A DNA stretch of 11,682 nucleotides. Origin: Allobaculum fili (lineage in GTDB: Bacteria > Bacillota_I > Bacilli_A > Erysipelotrichales > Erysipelotrichaceae). The notes below the pieces were generated by a model that worked only from the letters and a program-made list of their open reading frames with translations, had not been told where the DNA came from and made no database searches. The number at the start of each line of letters is the position of its first letter. Positions within the stretch are counted from its first letter, which is position 1. Both the position numbers and the translations under genes were made by a program. The stretch covers positions 1 through 11,682 of the forward strand of contig NZ_JAHDSX010000060.1 in NCBI RefSeq assembly GCF_020969955.1, given 5' to 3'. Positions 6,946 through 11,682 of the stretch are shown here, piece after piece.

Positions 6946-8452
6946 ACCCAATATTCTCCAGTTGCTTCCTGATTTCATCTTCGAGTTCACGTGATTGTTT
7001 AAACAAATCACCAAGTTCAGAAGTCAGGCGTTTCATTTTTTCGTCGAATGGCTCTCCATCTTCTTTGTCTTCTTCAATTCCTACGTATCTGCCTGGAGTT
7101 AGAATATAGTCCTGTTTTGCGATTTCTTCGGTATCGACTATTGCCCAGTGCCCTGGATTATTCTCAAGGTTACCTTCTTCGTAGGATTGATAAAGTTCAC
7201 CTATCTTTTTAACATCTTCATCGGAAAATTCGCGCAGTTTCCTGGAAACCATGGTTCCCATATCTTTAGCGTCAATAAAAAGCGTCTTTCCTTTTTGCTT
7301 TTTATTCATTGAAAGAAACCAGAGTGAAACAGGGATACCCGTTGAATAGAAGAGCTTTTCAGGCAAAGCTACTATGCAATCAACCAAGTCTGCTTCAATG
7401 ATTTTTTTACGGATTTCGCCCTCACCCTTTGTCTGAGTAGAAAGCGCACCATTTGCCAGGACCATACCGATCTTTCCGTTTCGGTTCAGGTGAGAAATCA
7501 TATGCTCCATCCAGGCAAAGTTTGCGTTTGATTCAGGAGGTGTTCCATAAGCCCATCTCGGGTCATCTTCGAGCGATTTGTGCCACCAGCTTTTATCGTT
7601 GAAAGGAGGATTCGCCATCACAAAATCCATCTTTTCATGAGGGTGAAGATCTTCCAAAAAGGTGTCTGCGTTGTGGGGGCCGAGGTTTGCATCAATTCCT
7701 CTGATCGCCAGGTTCATCTGAGCAAGCTTCCAGGTAGTCGGATTAGATTCCTGCCCAAACACGGAAATATCATTCAGGTGACCTCCATGATTCTCAATGA
7801 ATTTTGCAGACTGCACAAACATTCCGCCGCTACCGCAGCAAGGATCGTAAACACGGCCATGGTAAGGTTTTAAAACCTCAACAAGCGTGCGCACTACAGA
7901 AGAAGGCGTATAGAATTCGCCTGCGTTTTTGCCTTCCTGGGAAGCAAATTTCTGGAGACAATATTCATAGGTTCTTCCGAGAATATCTTTTTCGTTTCCG
8001 TGTTCGTGCATTTTGATATTGGTGAACAAATCGACAACTTCACCTAATCTTCGCTGGTCCATTTCAGGGCGGGCATAGTTTTTTGGTAGAACGCCTTTCA
8101 GTTTTGGGTTCTCTTTCTCGATTTGTTCCATCGCAGAGTCGATGGCTGTTCCAACAGAGTTTGTATGCGCGGAGTTCTTAATCACATCCCATCGAGCACC
8201 TTCCGGAACGAAAAATATGTTTTCAGAAATATACTCATCTTTATCGTCAGGATCAGCATATGGGTCTTTTAAAAGTTCAGCACGTTTTGCTTCGAAAGAA
8301 TCAGAGATATACTTCAAAAAGATTAAGCCGAGAATAACGTGTTTATATTCAGAAGCATCCATGCTACCGCGGAGAACATCGGCTGCACTCCACAGTTCAG
8401 CTTCAAATCCCACATCTGCTTTATTAGATACTCTCTTCTTTGTATTTGCCAT
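6935..8452 (-). CDS. hsdM: Type I R-M N6-adenine DNA methyltransferase subunit
   Basis: 505 aa with SD AGAAGGAG. The HsdM N-terminal motif is LWSAADVLRGSMDASEYKHVILGLIFLKYIS. Motif X is GEFYTP, motif I is VYDPCCGSGGMF and motif IV is MANPPFN. Confidence 0.95.
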   Translation of the reverse strand: MANTKKRVSNKADVGFEAELWSAADVLRGSMDASEYKHVILGLIFLKYISDSFEAKRAELLKDPYADPDDKDEYISENIFFVPEGARWDVIKNSAHTNSVGTAIDSAMEQIEKENPKLKGVLPKNYARPEMDQRRLGEVVDLFTNIKMHEHGNEKDILGRTYEYCLQKFASQEGKNAGEFYTPSSVVRTLVEVLKPYHGRVYDPCCGSGGMFVQSAKFIENHGGHLNDISVFGQESNPTTWKLAQMNLAIRGIDANLGPHNADTFLEDLHPHEKMDFVMANPPFNDKSWWHKSLEDDPRWAYGTPPESNANFAWMEHMISHLNRNGKIGMVLANGALSTQTKGEGEIRKKIIEADLVDCIVALPEKLFYSTGIPVSLWFLSMNKKQKGKTLFIDAKDMGTMVSRKLREFSDEDVKKIGELYQSYEEGNLENNPGHWAIVDTEEIAKQDYILTPGRYVGIEEDKEDGEPFDEKMKRLTSELGDLFKQSRELEDEIRKQLENIGYEI

Positions 8453-8492
8453 AAGTCTCCTTCTTTTGCCTCATGGGCTATGTATTCTTTCA

Positions 8493-8498
8493 TTATAA
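8493..8498 (-). promoter_or_regulatory. Candidate -10 box (TATAAT) for the hsdM operon
   Basis: The minus strand reads ...TTGCAATCCAGGGGTGATTATAATGAAAG, with TATAAT 41 nt upstream of the hsdM ATG. No properly spaced -35 was found (TTGCAA is only 12 nt away). Confidence 0.35.
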
Positions 8499-8528
8499 TC
8501 ACCCCTGGATTGCAAAGGGCTTTCATCG

Positions 8529-8590
8529 AAAAAAAATCAGGCTATCAGTGGCTTCTTACACCGAAAGATCAGCCGCTATTTAAGCCTGAT
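8529..8590 (-). terminator. Intrinsic terminator T2 (minus strand)
   Basis: ATCAGGCT (8583-8590 on the plus strand as AGCCTGAT) pairs with 8536-8543. An inner 7-bp helix pairs 8547-8553 with 8571-8577. On the minus strand the hairpin is followed directly by a T-run (plus-strand A-run at 8529-8536). Confidence 0.6.
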
Positions 8591-8674
8591 ATAAAGATTG
8601 GTTTTCCTGTCCCCTCAATATTGGAAATGGACCAATTTGTTTAGCGATACCATCCTGATAAATCTTTTTTTCGC

Positions 8675-8719
8675 AAAAAGGGGCATAAACCAAATGGTCC
8701 ATTCCATCTTTTATGCCCC
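8675..8719 (-). terminator. Intrinsic terminator T1 (minus strand)
   Basis: A 10-bp stem pairs GGGGCATAAA (8680-8689) with TTTATGCCCC (8710-8719). Extra ATGG/CCAT pairing occurs in the 20-nt loop. On the minus strand TTTTT follows (plus-strand A-run at 8675-8679). No T-run follows on the plus strand. Confidence 0.65.
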
Positions 8720-8725
8720 GACTCC

Positions 8726-8799
8726 CGGCGGATTACCCCGTTCTCTTGGCACGGAAAAGCGGGCGTGTTACGCCCGAATAGCATGGTCGACTTACGCCG
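8726..8799 (-). other. GC-rich structured segment (possible three-way junction RNA) directly 5' of terminator T1
   Basis: The closing helix pairs CGGCG (8795-8799) with CGCCG (8726-8730). It encloses hairpin CGGGCG-TAACA-CGCCCG (8760-8776) and hairpin CCGT-N9-ACGG (8738-8754). The surrounding sequence is AT-rich. I could not assign a known RNA family. Confidence 0.25.
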
Positions 8800-8872
8800 A
8801 TAGATAAATCTAAATATATTAAAAATTACTATATGAAGCTTTAAACTCAAACCTTGGGATTCTGATCTCAGA

Positions 8873-9055
8873 TTTCGGAATTCAGAACCCTAAAATACGA
8901 AATCTCAGTCTGATTTATTGGAATATACATCTAAGGCCTTCTGCAATCGCCCAAATCGAACGATGCAGTTCATTGCGTTCCCGCAGCCTGTTTTCTGTCA
9001 CAATAATTCCTTCTGGCTTTGAAGCTGCACGAGTTTCGTATTTCTTTGCGTTCAT
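8873..9055 (-). pseudogene. Relic of an hsdM-type methyltransferase N-terminus with in-frame stop codons
   Basis: From the ATG at 9055 the frame reads MNAKKYETRAASKPEGIIVTENRLRERNELHRSIWAIAEGLRCIFQ*IRLRFRILGF*IPK. The window's own HsdM reads ...ELWSAADVLRGSMDASEYKHVILGLIFLK. The two share W-x-x-A-x-x-LR, then 11 residues, then ILG-x-x-x-x-K with identical spacing. The relic carries TAA and TGA stops and the homology is lost soon after. Confidence 0.4.
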
Positions 9056-9095
9056 TCGTTACTGGTTCAATACACCATGAGCGCCATTCTTTTGC

Positions 9096-9647
9096 TCAAA
9101 TTTCGTAAAGGTGTCTGAATTTGATTGTTCGTTTCAGAGCCTTGTGAAGACTGTCTTTAGTAATCTTAAGCTCATTATTCACAACAGCTTTAACTAAATT
9201 TGGATATTCTTTTGGGTTCGCCTCAATCATTGAAATAGGACTTGAAGAACCATCTACGCCTTTTCCTTTATGATGAATCGGTCCAATAATGATATCCGAA
9301 TACTCATAATTAAGTTTTAGTTTGCCGTAATTAAATCTCTTGATTTCTTCATTAGTCACGAATTCAATCTGTCTGGGGTCAATTCCAACTTGAGAGGCAA
9401 TTTGATCAATTGCTTTTTTATCGAGGTGCGTAAATCCAATGATCATGACCTTGGCTGTATATCGATTGAAGATCCAGTCGTTTTGGGTTGTTTCTGTATC
9501 CTCATAAAAGCCAATCTTTTTTAGATAAGACTCAAGCCCTCCTGTTCGATTCTCCAGGAGAAGACGATCAGATACGTAGGAACAGACTTCATATGCCAGA
9601 TTGTCAAGGCCCTGTTTATCTAACGCCAAGAGACTCACCACCCTCAT
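9096..9647 (-). CDS. Hypothetical protein, downstream partner of the M-S fusion-like gene
   Basis: The open frame runs 9096-9671. Candidate starts are TTG 9671, ATG 9647 and TTG 9629; the last has a GAGGGTG SD-like run upstream. All of them overlap the end of the upstream gene (stop at 9616). The C-terminal half (KVMIIGF...YSDIIIGPIHHKGKG...LKITKDSLHKAL) has an alternating strand/helix pattern that reminds me of small Rossmann-like domains such as DUF2325. This is unverified. Confidence 0.6.
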   Translation of the reverse strand: MRVVSLLALDKQGLDNLAYEVCSYVSDRLLLENRTGGLESYLKKIGFYEDTETTQNDWIFNRYTAKVMIIGFTHLDKKAIDQIASQVGIDPRQIEFVTNEEIKRFNYGKLKLNYEYSDIIIGPIHHKGKGVDGSSSPISMIEANPKEYPNLVKAVVNNELKITKDSLHKALKRTIKFRHLYEI

Positions 9648-11274
9648 CAAAAAGAGAATCTCGTTTTGCAATAATTCTCTCTACCCGCTGTCTAGCTTCT
9701 TTCAGCCGGTCTTGAAGGATCTTATATCTGGCTCCCATGACTTTCTGCTGCTCCAGATCAAGTTTGGGAATTTCCATATTTTTAAGATCCGGGGTTGTAA
9801 TATTTTTTATAACAGAGCCTTTACTGATGGATTCCAATCTGTTTTTACCGTCGCTCGAAGTGAGGTAAGCCATCAAATACCGAGGATCAATTTTTTGAAG
9901 ATCGGGGCGGATAACAAGAAAGTTGCTGCTAGGAATCACATGCATTTCTCCAATACCTTCCATAAAAGCAATCTGTGGTGCGACCCCTTTGGAAAAGATC
10001 AGAATATCACCATCCATTAAATAAATATCATTTTGAGCTGAAGAATCTTCGCCGATTGTCTCCAATGCGGAGATATCAATCTGCTGATCACGCAGTGCCT
10101 TGGCTGTAAGAAGATAACAATCGCCTTCAGCATTCTCATTCATCTTAGCCAGATTTTTTCCTCTGAATACTTCAGCAACATCCTTAACACAGTATGTATT
10201 CTCAAAGTCTCTCAGACTAGTCTGAGTGTAGTAGCGCTGCGGATATAAAAGGGAGCTGTCAGCTTCTGCCTCTGCAACACTTAAATCGTTAAAGAGGGTC
10301 TCGTGATTACGAATCGTTGACTCTAATCCTTCCAGAAGCTCCTTCTGTTTCTGCAAACTCTTTTTTCGGCCAAGAGAAAAGATACTATTAAGATCACAGA
10401 TTTGAATCTTCGAATTCTCTTTTTTACTCAGAATAAGAAGCACAGGAGAAATAGAAGTATTAGGGAGGATTCCAGCAGGAAGCTGAATGACTTTTTCAAT
10501 AACGCTGCTCTTGATCAATGCATTGACGAACTTCTTTTCGGAGTTAGAGAAGAGGACAGAAGGCGTAGTGACCAAAGCGGCAATTCCATCTTTATCCAAT
10601 GAAATAAGAGCATCATTAACCAACTCAGCCTCGTACGACCGAACGTTGATTTCTTCACCATTAAAAGCGAGGATTGGTGTGCGCTCTACTCGTCTCATTC
10701 CAAATGGAAGTTCTCCAAGAACAAGATCAAATCGGCCTTTTTCTGTTTTATGATTCAAGCGATCGATTCTCACTTCGATGGGCAGGTTAAACACCCTGCT
10801 AACAATTTGCTGAAGCATGCAATGTCTGGGGTTCAGGTCTTCTGAAACAATTCTGGCAGTCGGGAAATCCTGCGCCGCTTTTGCAGTAATATTTCCACGA
10901 CACGAATTCATATTGAGGATTCGCAGCGGTTTTACATCCCCCTCAAAAAGTCGAATCAGATCAGGAAGAATCTTCAGACCGTTTCCGGGTTCCGTAGAAT
11001 CAGTAATCGAAAGAGCATTAATAATGGTACTCTTGATCCCTTCATAATCCAGATCCCGTAAAGCCTCTGTCCATAAAGAGACAGCCTCCTGATTAGCCCC
11101 GTCTACATTGATGTCGCTAATGTCTTTGTTTAATACATGGGCTGCTGCTACAGCCAGATTTAAAATTTCTTCACTTGATTTGACAGCGCTCAGCTCTTTC
11201 ATTGGAGATTCAACTTTTAAAATCTCCAGATCACTAGCAATTCTTTCTTTTGATGTCTTTACTTCTGTTGGCAA
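9616..11274 (-). CDS. HsdM-like methyltransferase-fold domain fused to a single HsdS-type TRD; catalytic and SAM motifs are non-canonical
   Basis: 552 aa with a TTG start and SD AGGAGG 7 nt upstream. Residues 97-290 align by eye with the window's HsdM: GLKILPDLIRLFEGDVKPLRILNMNSCRGN against GEFYTPSSVVRTLVEVLKPYHGRVYDPCCGSGG. SEDLNPRHCMLQQ aligns with QESNPTTWKLAQM, FDLVLGELPFG with DFVMANPPFN, and VIQLPAGILPNTSISPVLLILSKK is the usual post-motif-VIII strand. Residues 362-540 look like one HsdS TRD plus a conserved helix (VKDVAEVFRGKN...NFLVIRP...YLMAYLTS...IPKLDLEQQKVMGARYKILQDRL). Confidence 0.85.
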   Translation of the reverse strand: MPTEVKTSKERIASDLEILKVESPMKELSAVKSSEEILNLAVAAAHVLNKDISDINVDGANQEAVSLWTEALRDLDYEGIKSTIINALSITDSTEPGNGLKILPDLIRLFEGDVKPLRILNMNSCRGNITAKAAQDFPTARIVSEDLNPRHCMLQQIVSRVFNLPIEVRIDRLNHKTEKGRFDLVLGELPFGMRRVERTPILAFNGEEINVRSYEAELVNDALISLDKDGIAALVTTPSVLFSNSEKKFVNALIKSSVIEKVIQLPAGILPNTSISPVLLILSKKENSKIQICDLNSIFSLGRKKSLQKQKELLEGLESTIRNHETLFNDLSVAEAEADSSLLYPQRYYTQTSLRDFENTYCVKDVAEVFRGKNLAKMNENAEGDCYLLTAKALRDQQIDISALETIGEDSSAQNDIYLMDGDILIFSKGVAPQIAFMEGIGEMHVIPSSNFLVIRPDLQKIDPRYLMAYLTSSDGKNRLESISKGSVIKNITTPDLKNMEIPKLDLEQQKVMGARYKILQDRLKEARQRVERIIAKRDSLFDEGGESLGVR

Positions 11275-11287
11275 ATTCGTACCTCCT

Positions 11288-11303
11288 AAGTTTATTTAAA
11301 CTT
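11288..11303. promoter_or_regulatory. Operator-like near-palindrome AAGTTTATTTAAACTT abutting the SD of the 552-aa gene
   Basis: A 16-bp dyad with one central asymmetry, immediately adjacent to the SD complement CCTCCT (11282-11287). It repeats the 11348-11363 site with one mismatch. Confidence 0.45.
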
Positions 11304-11347
11304 TTTTCCTTGAGCTTATTCTGGCATTAATCCGACCAAAATTCAAG

Positions 11348-11363
11348 AAGTTTATATAAACTT
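11348..11363. promoter_or_regulatory. Operator-like perfect palindrome AAGTTTATATAAACTT
   Basis: A perfect 16-bp palindrome, 60 bp centre-to-centre from the proximal copy. The shared unit AAGTTTATNTAAACTTTTT is 19 nt. On the minus strand it overlaps a possible -10 (TTTATA), with TTGCCA 18 nt upstream. Confidence 0.45.
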
Positions 11364-11578
11364 TTTCATGATTATTTATGGCAATCCAATTATCATGAGG
11401 AATTATTGCCTTTTAACCCTGTGAGACGGAGGAAAACCGAAAAGAAGACATTAGAACGCAAGAAAAAACTGTACAGAATTGTTCTGATCCAGGTTCTGTA
11501 TATGTAAATTCTACTGACTTATTTTTGTCAATTGAAAACTGGTCCAGTCGTAAACTAGAACTTTCCCAATCAGCTAAA

Positions 11579-11680
11579 CTATACGGTCGGATTTTTGCGT
11601 GGACGACCACGTTTCCTTTTGGGCTGGTCTACTGGATCTGGTCGTGGAATCAGATCCAGTTTTTGAAGAATTTCTATCTG
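11579..11680 (-). CDS. 3' end of an unidentified gene entering from the right edge (partial)
   Basis: A minus-strand frame open to the window edge reads ...QIEILQKLDLIPRPDPVDQPKRKRGRPRKNPTV*. It has a basic, AT-hook-like GRPRK tail. A plus-strand frame over the same bases is also open, so the call is tentative. Confidence 0.3.
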   Translation of the reverse strand, partial: QIEILQKLDLIPRPDPVDQPKRKRGRPRKNPTV

Positions 11681-11682
11681 AC

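Noticed and set aside
6946-7014. N-terminal extension of the half hsdS ORF into hsdM (MVICLNNHVNSK...)
   Set aside because: It lies deep inside the hsdM coding sequence in another frame. MKFKDVCRVINGRAY at 6945 matches the usual HsdS N-terminus. The ATG at 6978 remains a possible alternative.
8720-8812. Resemblance of the GC-rich element to the ykkC/guanidine-I riboswitch 3' half (ACGGGGUAAUCCGCCGGGAG vs ACGG..GGGA.AAAA.CCCGGGAG)
   Set aside because: The diagnostic 5' elements (CUAGGGUUCCG and GGUCCGAGAG) are absent or badly degenerate, and the helix order differs. The match is not good enough to name a family.
8323-8850. ORFs 8323-8526(-), 8339-8644(+), 8598-8807(+), 8641-8850(-) in the hsdM upstream region
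   Set aside because: They overlap the hsdM start, promoter, terminators and structured segment. None has an SD and the translations are not protein-like (C/R/F-rich).
9330-9400. A possible PD-(D/E)xK nuclease motif in the 191-aa protein (GIDPRQIEFVTNEEIK)
   Set aside because: The D-to-ExK spacing is at the extreme low end, no supporting strand context was visible, and there is no PD dipeptide. It is more likely a coincidence.
9488-11299. Plus-strand ORFs antisense to the 191-aa and 552-aa genes (9488-9715, 9601-10020, 10402-10602, 10487-10753, 10817-11047, 11108-11299)
   Set aside because: All lie opposite a long ORF with clear domain homology. Their translations are S/R/F-rich and lack ribosome-binding sites.
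11380-11410. Hairpin GGCAAT-cc-AATT...AATT-ATTGCC, and the weak CAGAA/TTCTG hairpin at 11474-11486, as terminators
   Set aside because: The stems are short (5-6 bp plus 4 bp). There is no U-run on the minus strand for the first, and the second has only a 5-bp stem. This is too weak to annotate.
11413-11610. 65-aa minus-strand ORF (GTG start)
   Set aside because: It has no SD and no motifs. It overlaps, in another frame, the stop region of the more plausible edge-truncated ORF, and it spans an AT-rich intergenic stretch.
1-11682. CRISPR arrays, tRNA or rRNA genes
   Set aside because: No regularly spaced direct repeats and no tRNA-like cloverleaf or rRNA-like segments were seen on either strand.

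Overview
Every supportable gene in this window lies on the minus strand, in three blocks. (1) Positions 536-8452 hold a complete Type I restriction-modification locus with an unusual order: hsdM, a one-TRD hsdS, an inverted promoterless hsdS half-gene, a tyrosine recombinase, a two-TRD hsdS, then hsdR. Four copies of a 13-16 bp core (AAACAAGAATTTA, encoding N-K-N-L of the HsdS central helix) bracket two ~0.6 kb TRD2 cassettes as inverted repeats. This looks like a recombinase-driven specificity switch that toggles each hsdS between full-length and half-length forms and can swap TRDs. (2) Positions 9096-11274 hold a two-gene module of unknown function. The first gene encodes a 552-aa HsdM-like/HsdS-TRD fusion in which all three SAM/catalytic motifs are substituted. 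The second, overlapping gene encodes a ~180-aa protein with no clear identity. Two 16-bp palindromes sit upstream. I consider this module the best candidate for an undescribed system. (3) Relics and junctions: a decayed IS256-family transposase 5' fragment at the left edge, and an hsdM-like N-terminal relic with in-frame stops at 8873-9055. The 8529-8812 interval carries a GC-rich structured segment and two tandem intrinsic terminators upstream of hsdM. No tRNA, rRNA or CRISPR array was seen. All family calls come from motif recognition by eye; no database search was possible.
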